DNA from: Gemmatimonadota bacterium
Lineage (GTDB): Bacteria; JBHIER01; G020348925
Reading direction: 5' to 3'
Assembly (NCBI GenBank): GCA_020348925.1
Contig: CP070758.1
Location: 3,363,688-3,427,687, forward strand
Length of the DNA: 64,000 nucleotides
Below the pieces are notes generated by a model. The model did not search any database and was not told the DNA's origin. It saw only the letters and a program-made list of their open reading frames with translations. Shown one piece after another: positions 41,460-51,963 of the stretch. Position 1 is the first letter of the stretch, and every line of letters begins with the position of its first letter. The translations under genes and the position numbers were made by a program.

Positions 41460-41878
41460 GTTTTTATCCTTTTTTGAATTTCGTCACTGTCGCATCACAT
41501 TTCCTGCTCATCTTCTAAGACGTCGCACGCCAAAAAACCTTATTGCGAGCAAGCCGGAAGCAGGCATTTCGTACCTTTTCCCGATGCTGCTCAACCAAAG
41601 TTTTGAAGGCGCCCACCTGACCCGCCTTGATGTTTTCCAGTAATTCTTGTTCTTCCATAGATTGTCCAGTTATACCTCATGCAAAGAAAACGGGCCGTGA
41701 AATATTGCGAATGAAAAATACCAATCAAAGGAACATCATTTTAATGACAATATCCGTCTCCAACAATATAAACTTAAAAAGCGGGTATACCAGAACGATA
41801 TTATTATTGAGGTTTTGGAATAGAAAGAGAGAAGCTACTTCATTTTGTAAAAATGAAGAATAGGACTATGAATCGAAA

Positions 41879-44533
41879 TCAATGATCCCAGGTCCAGCTT
41901 ATCCCAACAGAGGGCAGCAGGCGAAACCAGTATTCGGGCTCTTCGACCAGAATATAGCCTTTTCTTGAATTCCAATACCAATTATAATCAAAGTTTCTCA
42001 CATTGCCGTGGTCGTAGAGATTGATAAACGTCAGAAAAGCCGATATGCGTCCCTTGGAGGTGTAGAAATGGCGATTGATTTTCAGGTCCAGGCGGTGGTA
42101 GGAGGGATAGGTGGCACCGTTAAAATCTTCGGTGGTCTCATAATAGACAGTACTGCCGTCCGGCAGCTGCTCCGATTTGATAACCCGTGAGGTATAGGGC
42201 CAGCCCGTGTGGTACTGCCACGAGAGGTTGAAATGCCAGTTTCGATTTGGCCTGAAGTTGAGATCAAAGTAAATGGTGTGACACTGATCGTATTTCCCGG
42301 GATATTCACCGGCATCCTCCGTGTACACAATTCCCTCAAACTCCAGACTTTCGATATCCTCCACCACCTTCGCCAGTCCATAACTGGCCCACCATGACCA
42401 TTTTCCGCCGCGGTCGTATTTCAGATAGGTCTCTATCCCTTTCGCCCGCGCGTTTTTTACGTTAAGCCTGAAGCGATCGTACTGCAGCTCGGGGAAGAAT
42501 TCGATGTCATTCGACCAGTTTCTGAAATCCGGACGGAGGTCGGACAAACGTTTATGGTAACCCTCCAACCGGAGATGTAGTCCGTTTTTGAAAAGATGCT
42601 CGAAGCCCGAAACCCAGTGTTCGGCGAGAGAGGCTGGATGGAATGAATCTTCTCCCTCTTCAACGCGGATCTGGTGAATGCCCTCGCTCTGATAAAAATA
42701 TCCCCACCCCCCCCGCAGGAACGTCCCTTCTCCCAGAGCATATACGATATTAAAACGCGGACTGTAAAATAGGTCGTCGGCATATGACGTCCGGTCGTAC
42801 CGCAGACCGAGCTCCGCCGTCAGGGGAGAAAATTTGCTGACCCGAGGGGCCACATATGCGCTGATTCTGCTCCCTGAAGGATGAATATCTACACTGGTCA
42901 CATCTTCGCTATCCAACGAAGCATCACGGTACAGGTACTTCACACTGTCATAGTCGTAGTCACCATTGAGCCCTTTCAGATCGAAACCCCACTTCAAGAC
43001 CAACCGATCTGAGATCCCCAGATTCCAATCCTGCTTCAGACCGAACACGTTAAAGTGCCTCTCGTCCAACACGGTAAAATCCAGGTCGGAATTATCTCCA
43101 AGATAACCTATCCCCTCCCTACGGCTCGTCATCCTGGTGTATGATCCAACGGTCCGCACAAACAGGTTCTTGTTCGGAACAGACACTAACGTCAGCCATG
43201 CGAAGGTATTGTCGTACGACGTGTCATCAACATCATCATCGTCTTCCGTAAAACTCACTCTATCGCCGGCATGAAGCAGATTGGCCGAAAGGGTGTGTAT
43301 ATCGCTCAGCCGATATTCCGTCTTGCCCAGGATGTCATAGTACGTCGGGCTGGGTTGGTTCTCCTCACCCATGAGATCCAGGACAATATCGAGATATCCC
43401 CTCCGGGCCGAGAAGAGCCACGCCCCCCGGTTATTGCTGAAGGTCCCCTCAGACATCGCTCGCGCGTTCATGAAGCTGATACCCAGGGCGCTTCTTCTAC
43501 GTCCTTCCGTTGCCCTTTTCAACTTCATATTGAAGACACCGCTCATCCGATCGCCGTATTCGGCCGTGAAGCTGCCGGTCAAAAGATCGATACCCTCAAC
43601 TGCTTCCACATCGACGATACTGAGAGCTCCCCCCTCGATATCTTTCAGATGAAAAGGCTCATAGAGCTCCAAACCGTCGATAAGAACCAGAACCTGATCG
43701 TGCTCCCCGCCGCGAACGGTAAATTTCGCCGAGAAGTCGCTGGATGAAATACCTGGAAGCCGCGCAATGGCCCGATAGGTATCCTCACCCCAAGCCATGA
43801 TCTGAATATCCTCATGGGTTAAGGTTTGCCGGGAAGGAGGGACATTTCCCATTATTGTAAACTGGCTTGGAGTGACTACGATCTCGTTCAACGAGATGAT
43901 ATCCGGTTCCAATTCAACAGTAATTTCTATTTCGTCTTTCTTGAAAAGAACGATAGTATCGATTTGTTGGCTTTTATACCCGATGTATGAAAACCGCAAC
44001 GAGTACACTCCATGACGCAGAAAAGGGATAGTGAAATACCCATCCGGATCTGTCGTTCCCCCTTTGCTTGTTCCTAAAACGAGTATGTTCGCTCCAATAA
44101 GCGGTTCTCCCGTGGCACCATCGAGTACTCGTCCCGTTATGGTTCCCTCTTTCGGAAACGTTTTTTCGTAAGCAGGTTCGATGACCATCCGGCCGTCATC
44201 CAAAACGGACAACTCTGTCCTTGTCATGTCGAGAAGGCGAAGCAATACATTGAAGATGATCTCGTTTTCCTCTCTCAGATATACTTTGGTATCTGAGGGA
44301 ATCTGACTTCTGTCGTAATAGAATTGAACCTCTCCTTTCTCGGCTAACATATGCAACGCTTGTTCGAAAGAGATGTTATCGAAATCAAAAGAAGCTTTCT
44401 TCAAGAGTGATTCCAGAATCTTCCGGTTATCGTGTCGGTTTCCATACGAGTGCGATTCCTGAGAGGAAATTGATGTATGAACAATGACCAGCAAGAATAA
44501 AGTAACACAAAGAGCAGCAACATCTTTTTTCAT
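41879..44533 (-). CDS. TonB-dependent receptor with N-terminal STN-like and carboxypeptidase-like domains
   Basis: Signal peptide; STN-like LHMLAEKGEVQFYYD; ITGRVLDGATGEPLIGANI; VRGG..DQ.L…DG..LYEPFH; F.AEYGDRMSGV. Confidence 0.9.
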   Translation of the reverse strand: MKKDVAALCVTLFLLVIVHTSISSQESHSYGNRHDNRKILESLLKKASFDFDNISFEQALHMLAEKGEVQFYYDRSQIPSDTKVYLREENEIIFNVLLRLLDMTRTELSVLDDGRMVIEPAYEKTFPKEGTITGRVLDGATGEPLIGANILVLGTSKGGTTDPDGYFTIPFLRHGVYSLRFSYIGYKSQQIDTIVLFKKDEIEITVELEPDIISLNEIVVTPSQFTIMGNVPPSRQTLTHEDIQIMAWGEDTYRAIARLPGISSSDFSAKFTVRGGEHDQVLVLIDGLELYEPFHLKDIEGGALSIVDVEAVEGIDLLTGSFTAEYGDRMSGVFNMKLKRATEGRRRSALGISFMNARAMSEGTFSNNRGAWLFSARRGYLDIVLDLMGEENQPSPTYYDILGKTEYRLSDIHTLSANLLHAGDRVSFTEDDDDVDDTSYDNTFAWLTLVSVPNKNLFVRTVGSYTRMTSRREGIGYLGDNSDLDFTVLDERHFNVFGLKQDWNLGISDRLVLKWGFDLKGLNGDYDYDSVKYLYRDASLDSEDVTSVDIHPSGSRISAYVAPRVSKFSPLTAELGLRYDRTSYADDLFYSPRFNIVYALGEGTFLRGGWGYFYQSEGIHQIRVEEGEDSFHPASLAEHWVSGFEHLFKNGLHLRLEGYHKRLSDLRPDFRNWSNDIEFFPELQYDRFRLNVKNARAKGIETYLKYDRGGKWSWWASYGLAKVVEDIESLEFEGIVYTEDAGEYPGKYDQCHTIYFDLNFRPNRNWHFNLSWQYHTGWPYTSRVIKSEQLPDGSTVYYETTEDFNGATYPSYHRLDLKINRHFYTSKGRISAFLTFINLYDHGNVRNFDYNWYWNSRKGYILVEEPEYWFRLLPSVGISWTWDH

Positions 44534-44764
44534 GAGAACCTCGCTGAATCGGATACAACGTCCAAACCGTACGTGTGAACGAATTAGATCCTTTGACAGC
44601 ACTTTTGGGGGAATGGTTTCATCCCGGTGGGAATGGAACCGGAAAGAATTGTTGCCAAAGGGTGTAAGGTTTCTCCTGTTCGACCGACTAAATGGTGAGT
44701 AAAAAAACGAGATTTTACTCGGTTCCATTTCCACAGGAGTTTTGAGAATGAGGAGGTGGTTATA

Positions 44765-45892
44765 ATGAAGTTGGCGTTTCTTGTTACGTTGCTGTTTGCC
44801 GTGGGGGCATTGGCTATTGCCATCGAGCGCCCCAAAAACAGTACCAATCCAAAGGCCATCGGTTTGACTGCGGAATATGACAATTTGCGTACGGCTACTT
44901 TCGCCGGTGGATGTTTTTGGTGTGTGGAAGCCGATTTCGAAAAAGTAGAGGGTGTGGTTGAGGTTATATCCGGCTATACAGGGGGAAACAAGGACAACCC
45001 GACTTACGAGGAGGTCTCAGCGGGAGAGACCGGTCATGTGGAGGCGATTCAGGTTCTCTACGATCCACAAAAAGTTTCGTATAGGCAACTCCTCGATGTC
45101 TTCTGGCAGCATGTTGATCCGACCGATCCGGGCGGGCAATTCGTCGATAGAGGGGAACAGTACCGGAGCGTCATCTTCTACCACGACGAGGACCAGAAGC
45201 GTCTGGCCGAGGAAACCAAAATGGAGCTGACACAATCAGGCCGTTTCGACAAAACCATTGTTACTGAAATAGTGAAGTTTACCGAGTTTTACAGGGCCGA
45301 GGATTATCACCAGGACTACTACAAGACGAACGGACTTCGTTACAAATTTTACAGGTGGAATTCCGGACGCGATCAATTTTTAAAGAAGGTCTGGGGTGAT
45401 GACAAATCGGAGGCCGCGCTCCTTTCGAACACAACCGGATATTCGAAACCGAGTGACGAAATTTTACGCGAAAAGCTCACACTCTTACAGTACAAGGTGA
45501 CCCAGCGCGACGGGACAGAACCTGCCTTTCATAATGAATACTGGGACAACGGAGAGGAAGGAATCTATGTGGACGTGGTCTCGGGTGAACCGATTTTCAG
45601 TTCACTGGACAAATATGAATCCGGTAGCGGCTGGCCCAGTTTCACCCAGCCCCTGGAGCCTGGAAACATTGTGCAGAAGGAGGACCGAAAACTTTTCGCT
45701 GTTCGTACCGAGGTGCGCAGCAAACACGGCGATTCCCACCTCGGACATGTATTTCCAGATGGTCCGCCGCCCACGGGTCTGAGGTACTGTCTCAACTCAG
45801 CCGCCCTTCGATTCATTCCCGCGGAGGACCTTGAGCGGGAGGGCTATGGTGAGTACGCCCACCTCTTTTCGACAGAAATGGTTTTAGACTAA
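44765..45892 (+). CDS. msrAB: exported bifunctional peptide methionine sulfoxide reductase MsrA/MsrB
   Basis: [45 protein letters not shown]; signal peptide. Confidence 0.96.
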   Translation: MKLAFLVTLLFAVGALAIAIERPKNSTNPKAIGLTAEYDNLRTATFAGGCFWCVEADFEKVEGVVEVISGYTGGNKDNPTYEEVSAGETGHVEAIQVLYDPQKVSYRQLLDVFWQHVDPTDPGGQFVDRGEQYRSVIFYHDEDQKRLAEETKMELTQSGRFDKTIVTEIVKFTEFYRAEDYHQDYYKTNGLRYKFYRWNSGRDQFLKKVWGDDKSEAALLSNTTGYSKPSDEILREKLTLLQYKVTQRDGTEPAFHNEYWDNGEEGIYVDVVSGEPIFSSLDKYESGSGWPSFTQPLEPGNIVQKEDRKLFAVRTEVRSKHGDSHLGHVFPDGPPPTGLRYCLNSAALRFIPAEDLEREGYGEYAHLFSTEMVLD

Positions 45893-46298
45893 CAATGTGA
45901 TCTTCCTTCGATCTCTTGACGATAGGGGCATATCTTTTTCTTGCACCGGCACTACTACTTTCTGTTCTTCAACTTGAGACGACAACTTTGCTAAAGGGAT
46001 ATGCCCCTTTTTTTACTTCTGATGTAAGATTGAAATCAATTGCCTTTGATCTCCGGATTGCCTATATTGTACGCCCTACTCGACCAGTTATAACGACTGT
46101 GAGCGAGACATCACACTTTTATAACGCAAAAGATTGGAGCATCATCCGCGTGACGGAAAGGCTTAATCGAAGGAGTCGGCTTTTGAAAACTCGTCTGCAG
46201 CGATTTTCAATTAGTTGAAACTTTATCGAGCGGAATATTGTCTTGGTACTGTTAATAAAGAGTCTTCAAACAATAATTGACTGAAAGGAGGTCGCAGA

Positions 46299-48395
46299 AT
46301 GAAGATGTTGGTCTTACCGTTTGTTACCGTGTGTGTGCTGTTTTGCTCGATTACGGGCTATGCTCAGAATCCGTTTTTCAGTGATTACGATACGCCCTTC
46401 GGTGTCCCTCCCTTTGAGAAAATTCAGGAAGAACACTATATGCCCGCTTTCAAGGAAGGGATCAAGCAGGGGGAGGCGGAAATTCAGGCCATCGTCGATA
46501 ACCCCGAGGCACCGACTTTTGAGAACACTATCGAAGCGCTGGAACGATCGGGTGTGTTGTTGTCTAAAGTTCAGTTGGTCTTCTACAACCTACTGGGCGC
46601 CCACACCAATGATACATTGCAGGAGATTGCCCAGGAAGCATCCCCCATGTTTTCAAAGTACAGGGATGATATTCTCCTCAACGAGGATCTGTTTCAGAGA
46701 GTGAAAGCTGTCTATGTGCAGAAGGATAGACTGAATCTCACAAAGGAGCAGAAGAAACTTCTCGATAAGTATTACAAGGATTTTGTCAGGGGAGGCGCCA
46801 ATCTCGACGAGGAGAAAAAGGCTCAGCTGCGAGAGATCAATGAAGAGTTGTCCCTGCTGTCACTGCAGTTCGGTGATAACGTTCTCAAGGAGGACAATGA
46901 CTTTTACATTGTTCTCGAACGTGAAGAGGATCTGGTCGGTCTGCCCGAAAACGTCATCAGCGCCGCTGCCGAAGCGGCTACGGAGCGTGGCCATGAGGGC
47001 CAATGGGTCATTACCCTGCATAAACCGAGCTGGATCCCCTTTCTTCAGTATTCCGGGAGGCGCGATCTTCGGGAGAAAATATACAAGGGGTACATTAACC
47101 GCGGCGACAACGACAACGAATACGATAACAAAGAAATAGCGTCCAGAATGGCTGCCCTGCGGGTGAAGCGGATCAAGCTGTTGGGATATAAGACCCATGC
47201 CCATTATATTCTGGAAGAGTACATGGCCAAAGAGCCCGAAAATGTCTACAAACTCCTGGATCAGCTCTGGAAACCGGCCCTGGCGAAGGCCAAGCAAGAG
47301 GCAGCCGAGTTTCAACAGATGATTTACGATGAAGGGGACGATTTCAAGCTCGAATCGTGGGACTGGTGGTACTACGCCGAGAAAGTGAAGAAGGCCAAAT
47401 ATGACCTGGATGAGGAGATGACCAGGCCGTATTTCAAGTTGGAGAATGTCATCGACGGTGTCGTGACGCTGTCGAACAAGCTGTTCGGTATCACCCTAAC
47501 AGAGTTGCAGGACATGCCAAAGTATCACGAAGACGTGAAAGTCTTCGAAGTCAAGAACCAAGATGGGTTTCATGTGGGCATTCTGTACACAGACTATTTC
47601 CCCCGCGCCAGCAAGCGCGGCGGGGCATGGATGAGCAATTACAGGGAACAGATGAAAATCGGCGGGACGGATATCAGGCCCATCATTTGCAATGTGGGTA
47701 ATTTCTCCAAGCCGACGGCCGACAATCCATCCCTGTTGAGTCTCGACGAAGTGACGACGCTCTTCCACGAGTTCGGGCACGCCCTCCATGGCATGCTCTC
47801 CGAGTGCACCTACGAAAGACTGTCCGGTACCAATGTTCCCAGGGATTTTGTCAAGCTTCCATCACAGATTATGGAAAACTGGGCCTTCGAACCGGAGATG
47901 CTAAAAATCTACGCCAGACACTACAAGACAGGAGAACCCATGCCCGAGGAGTTGATCGAGAAGATCGACAAAGCCGGCAAATTCAATCAGGGCTTCAAAA
48001 CCGTCGAATACTTGGCGGCGTCCTTTCTTGATATGGACTGGCATACCCTGACCGAACCCGAAGAGCTGGACCCGATCGAATTTGAGAATGAGACCTTCAA
48101 GAGAATAGGTTTGATCCCGGAAATTATCTCTCGATATAGAAGTCCTTACTTCAGACATATCTTCTCCGGCGGATATTCATCGGGATATTACAGTTACATT
48201 TGGGCCGAGGTGCTGGACGCCGATGCCTTCCAGGCTTTTGTGGAAAAAGGCCTCTTTGACCGAGAGACCGGCATGGCCTTCAGAAAGCATATCCTGTCCA
48301 AGGGCGGGACTGAGGATCCCATGGAACTCTACGTCCGCTTCCGCGGGACCGAACCCAAGATCGAACCGTTACTGGAGAAAAGAGGACTCAACTAA
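46299..48395 (+). CDS. dcp: M3 family peptidyl-dipeptidase Dcp (exported); third Zn ligand appears as Lys
   Basis: NPFF..Y.TPFGVPPF, KRGGAWM, FHEFGHALH, DFVKLPSQ, HIFSGGYSSGYYSY.WAEVLDADAF. Confidence 0.92.
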   Translation: MKMLVLPFVTVCVLFCSITGYAQNPFFSDYDTPFGVPPFEKIQEEHYMPAFKEGIKQGEAEIQAIVDNPEAPTFENTIEALERSGVLLSKVQLVFYNLLGAHTNDTLQEIAQEASPMFSKYRDDILLNEDLFQRVKAVYVQKDRLNLTKEQKKLLDKYYKDFVRGGANLDEEKKAQLREINEELSLLSLQFGDNVLKEDNDFYIVLEREEDLVGLPENVISAAAEAATERGHEGQWVITLHKPSWIPFLQYSGRRDLREKIYKGYINRGDNDNEYDNKEIASRMAALRVKRIKLLGYKTHAHYILEEYMAKEPENVYKLLDQLWKPALAKAKQEAAEFQQMIYDEGDDFKLESWDWWYYAEKVKKAKYDLDEEMTRPYFKLENVIDGVVTLSNKLFGITLTELQDMPKYHEDVKVFEVKNQDGFHVGILYTDYFPRASKRGGAWMSNYREQMKIGGTDIRPIICNVGNFSKPTADNPSLLSLDEVTTLFHEFGHALHGMLSECTYERLSGTNVPRDFVKLPSQIMENWAFEPEMLKIYARHYKTGEPMPEELIEKIDKAGKFNQGFKTVEYLAASFLDMDWHTLTEPEELDPIEFENETFKRIGLIPEIISRYRSPYFRHIFSGGYSSGYYSYIWAEVLDADAFQAFVEKGLFDRETGMAFRKHILSKGGTEDPMELYVRFRGTEPKIEPLLEKRGLN

Positions 48396-48436
48396 GATAA
48401 AAAGTCTCTGGACTCAATTTCATCTGATATATATCG

Positions 48437-48460
48437 GGGCAGGAGGTCAACTCCTGCCCT
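48437..48460 (+). terminator. hairpin downstream of dcp (possible terminator)
   Basis: GGGCAGGAG-gtcaa-CTCCTGCCC; no U-tract. Confidence 0.4.
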
Positions 48461-48593
48461 GCTCATTTCACGAGTACTCACGAGAATGTTTGGACTTCAA
48501 AGAACCTAACTCAAAGCATATCATACAGAATTACATATTTTTTGTATCCAGGAATCAAAAAAATATATTATCGTAATGTATTGGCTCTTCAAT

Positions 48594-48783
48594 GCCCTGA
48601 AGCCTGAGCCGTTAGACCGAAAGGCGAACACAGCGGCCGTTTTTTCCGTGTCTGAATCCCTCGCCTTAGCGGGGGATGAGTTTGGAAAAAACAGCGCAGT
48701 GAGCCGTTGACGGTCTCGGCGAAGGCTTTGGGTTGGTCTTTCTTTTTGCTTCTTTTTCTTTGGCCAGAAAAGAAAAAGAAGAG
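48594..48783. repeat. dispersed MITE/REP-like structured element, longer copy 2
   Basis: Homologous to 5120-5232, plus terminal hairpin TTCTTTTTCTTT-GGCCAGA-AAAGAAAAAGAA. Confidence 0.8.
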
Positions 48784-49052
48784 GAATACTATTTTCCCCC
48801 CGCATCTGATGTAAATAATATACATGTTTTGAATATCAACTCTGTTTATCCTTTCAATCGCTCAAGCGATTCAGGAGCCGGGAAATCACCAAAACGAATG
48901 CTTGAAAGCACACTACATTCTTGCGACGGGCCAAAAAGAAAAATCCCTCCTCTCCTCCCTTACAAAGGGGGACATAGAGGGACTCAATCTAAAAAAATAA
49001 TTCCTAGGGTCTTTCTATCAGGAAGTTGCTTGTCCCTAATGTATGTGCAGTT

Positions 49053-49601
49053 TTATTTCAAAACAGTCAGAAAAAGAAACGTGGCGCTACCCATTTTTAT
49101 CTGTGTACCGTTTCGGAGGATTTGGCCTTCCTCAGATATCTCATTTCCATTGACATTCACACTTCCCTCTCGAGGGAAGATGTGAAAACACCCATTCCTG
49201 AACACAACAGCGCTGTGCTCCGGCCGCACTGTTTCGAAATCATCCACTTTGAAATCCGCCCTTTTACTGTTCCCAAGTATGGTCACAGGCCTGTTGATAT
49301 GCATGAAGGCAGGGATTTTCCGTATTTTTTTCACTATCTGGGCTGCATCAACGAGGGCAAGCACACTGAAGCTTTCAAAGGGATTAAAGGGTTCGCCTTC
49401 AAGCTCAACAAAGGGTATGTCTACAGTCTCGATGGTAGCTTCTTTCTCTCCCTCAGAGCCTACCTTCGTCAATTGCAGGATTCCCGGGGATTCCACCTCT
49501 CCCTTGTGGACCCTCGTGACATTTGGGTCCTCATCACTGCCTCCCTTTTCCTCATGTACCCATTTGAGTGTGTCATCTTGTCCCATAATTTTCTCCTTCA
49601 T
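49053..49601 (-). CDS. FHA domain protein (degenerate)
   Basis: TILGNS…V.PEH…V.VNG…LRNG..I.MG fits the FHA fold; AGGAG RBS. Confidence 0.75.
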   Translation of the reverse strand: MKEKIMGQDDTLKWVHEEKGGSDEDPNVTRVHKGEVESPGILQLTKVGSEGEKEATIETVDIPFVELEGEPFNPFESFSVLALVDAAQIVKKIRKIPAFMHINRPVTILGNSKRADFKVDDFETVRPEHSAVVFRNGCFHIFPREGSVNVNGNEISEEGQILRNGTQIKMGSATFLFLTVLK

Positions 49602-49613
49602 GAATCGCCATTA

Positions 49614-51230
49614 TTATCTGCTAACCATTGTCTGTTCAAACTCTCTCTTCACTTGATCGCTTTCTCTGTAAACGATACGTATGCCATCCTTCCCACCCAA
49701 ATCTATAACGTCTCCGTCCTGCAAGGGGAACGTGCCATCTATTTTTTTCCCTCCGATCCAAGTTCCGTTCATACTTCCCAGATCCTCGATGGCAAACCTC
49801 TCCCCCTCACTCACAAATATCCTGGCATGGCCGTCTCTTTCTTGGCTTGCCCTGGAAACATATTCATTCCTCGTCCAGAGGTACACGACTCCCTTTTTGC
49901 GAAAAGAGGCTCGCTCTTTCGACTTTTTGGCAATAATCAATTCATCGAGAACCTCAACACCCTCGTGCACGAGAGGAACCGAACTCTTCAGACAGTCTAT
50001 TTGAAGTAAAACATCCGGTGCATTCCTAGCCACCTGTGTCATCTGACCGGATCGGGAATCAAAGTAATGCACAATGGTGGGATATTCCGATGGGTATTCG
50101 AGCTCACAGTCCTCGGTGTCACTGCTTTCTATCATTTCCGCAATCTGTTTCATCCAGCCTTCTTTCTCTTCCCTTTCCTTTCTTATCTTTTTTCTCGATC
50201 TCTCTATATAAATGATGATAAGCACAAGGAGCACGACTACAAGCGATCCAAGGACGATCAACTGTTGCCTCGTCAAGCTCTCATACCACGGTTTTTGAGG
50301 CGGCATAACTCTCTCCGCGACTGGCGGAGCCACCACAATCGGAGCACCGGTGGGATTAAAGAGAAATTCCTTTGTGGACTTGGCAGTGAGGTTTCCATAA
50401 GTCAGAGAAAGGCTCGCTTTATACGTGGAAGGCTCCTTCGCAAAATCGAAACTTATCATGTACTGGTTCTTCAATTGATCTAAGACCCCCTGATACAGCT
50501 CCGGGATTCTTTCAGGTTCCGGTGTCGTGGCAAAATCTCCTCCGCTCACTTGGGCAATCCCCTGGAGATAGGCACTGTCAATATCATGGCCGAAGCCTAA
50601 GGTGAAAACAGGAACAGAAGCACCTGTGGCCATGTCCACAGCATCCTTTGCCACGCGCTCGCTTCCTTCGTCCTTCCCGTCCGTAAGGAGAATGACGGCC
50701 GTCCTGGTAGTCGGCGCATCTTTTCCTTTTTTGAGAGCCTCATATGTGGCGTCATAGAGGTGGGTCCACTCTTCGACAGGTCTCAAGGCCTCAACCTGAG
50801 TTCTCACGATATACCTCTCCTGAGTGAAGTCGGTCATGAACCGAACCGCTGTCCCAAAACTCATGAGAACCACAAAATCTTTCTTTTCCAGTTGATCCAA
50901 AAAGATGGAAATGGCTTTTTGGGTTTCCTCAAAAGGCCTGCCGCGCATGCTTCCGCTAACATCCACTCCCAGAATGATGGATAAAGGCTCCTCAACGGTG
51001 GACGCAGGTTCTAACGCAAAATCTTCAATTTTTTCTCCTCCGATAAAAAGCACAAAATTTTCTTCGGAAAGACCTTTTATCGGTCTGCCGGCATCATCGA
51101 CCGCCGATATATATAACGCTGCCTTATTCTCTTCAACCGCCTCGCCCTTCAAAATAGCCACTGAAACATCGGCCGAAGCTATACAGACCGAGCACAGGAA
51201 AAATAAGAAGACAAAGCCCGCTTTTCTCAT
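49614..51230 (-). CDS. VWA domain - TM - FHA domain protein
   Basis: Signal peptide; MIDAS DVSGSM…T.LYDA…LLTDG; single TM; HARI…IEDLGSMNGTWI. Confidence 0.88.
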   Translation of the reverse strand: MRKAGFVFLFFLCSVCIASADVSVAILKGEAVEENKAALYISAVDDAGRPIKGLSEENFVLFIGGEKIEDFALEPASTVEEPLSIILGVDVSGSMRGRPFEETQKAISIFLDQLEKKDFVVLMSFGTAVRFMTDFTQERYIVRTQVEALRPVEEWTHLYDATYEALKKGKDAPTTRTAVILLTDGKDEGSERVAKDAVDMATGASVPVFTLGFGHDIDSAYLQGIAQVSGGDFATTPEPERIPELYQGVLDQLKNQYMISFDFAKEPSTYKASLSLTYGNLTAKSTKEFLFNPTGAPIVVAPPVAERVMPPQKPWYESLTRQQLIVLGSLVVVLLVLIIIYIERSRKKIRKEREEKEGWMKQIAEMIESSDTEDCELEYPSEYPTIVHYFDSRSGQMTQVARNAPDVLLQIDCLKSSVPLVHEGVEVLDELIIAKKSKERASFRKKGVVYLWTRNEYVSRASQERDGHARIFVSEGERFAIEDLGSMNGTWIGGKKIDGTFPLQDGDVIDLGGKDGIRIVYRESDQVKREFEQTMVSR

Positions 51231-51370
51231 ATGCTACCTCCTTGGATTGCCAATGCGATCAAGACCTCCTCCGCGAGGACGAAAAAGATTTTACGATTAG
51301 AGCGACATTGAACACCAATGTTGAACGTGCTTCGGCTAATCTCACAGACTTTATATCAAAACTGTTATGT

Positions 51371-51386
51371 TGCGAAATTTGTGCCA
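51371..51386 (-). promoter_or_regulatory. sigma54-type -24/-12 promoter for the VWA-FHA operon
   Basis: TGGCACAAATTTCGCA (GG-N10-GC). Confidence 0.6.
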
Positions 51387-51564
51387 AGAGATTTGGCCTG
51401 ACTCTCTTTACCTGATATATCTTTGAAGCACAATAAATTATCACAAAAAATCTTTTCCCAGAAAAAAAGTGCAGACAGAGGAAAATAGGAGAACGTGTGC
51501 AATTTACCCGTTCAGAAAGTGAGTCTTCCAGTTAAGAAACGATTGACCTGTTTGTTCATGAGCA

Positions 51565-51672
51565 GTCATTCCGGGTTTATCCCGGAATCTCCTGAATTGA
51601 GATTCCGTTGCCCTGCTTGAGGAGATTCCGTCACGGATTTTCCCCTGTATTCTATAACGGGGCCGGAATGAC
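51565..51672. repeat. GTCATTCC…GGAATGAC palindromic element
   Basis: gtcattccgg…ccggaatct…gagattccg…gccggaatgac. Confidence 0.7.
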
Positions 51673-51868
51673 ATTTCATAAAGAAAGTACGTTAGATCCC
51701 AAAAAATACCATACTTTGTATGGAGCAAAGATTGGGTGATTTCATCCAGTCTTCCTGATATGGAATGGTACATCCTTTTATTTATGAAGGTCAATTTATA
51801 TAATTTTACACCATAACCCTAATAAATACAGACAACTAAATCAATATTACTTTTAACACTTCATCTTC

Positions 51869-51884
51869 TGGCATGAAAATCGCA
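51869..51884 (+). promoter_or_regulatory. sigma54-type -24/-12 promoter for the 834-aa gene
   Basis: TGGCATGAAAATCGCA (GG-N10-GC), 80 nt before the ATG. Confidence 0.55.
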
Positions 51885-51963
51885 CTTCGTGTAAGATGTG
51901 ACATTGATGTCTTGTGTCACATGACTAAGGATTTTTGTGGAATTTTAATAGGAGAACAGTACA

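Noticed and set aside
49026-50009. 327-aa plus-strand ORF and other long antisense ORFs (e.g. 1611-2393, 17998-18720, 58546-59328)
   Set aside because: Shadows of well-supported genes on the opposite strand, with no recognisable motifs
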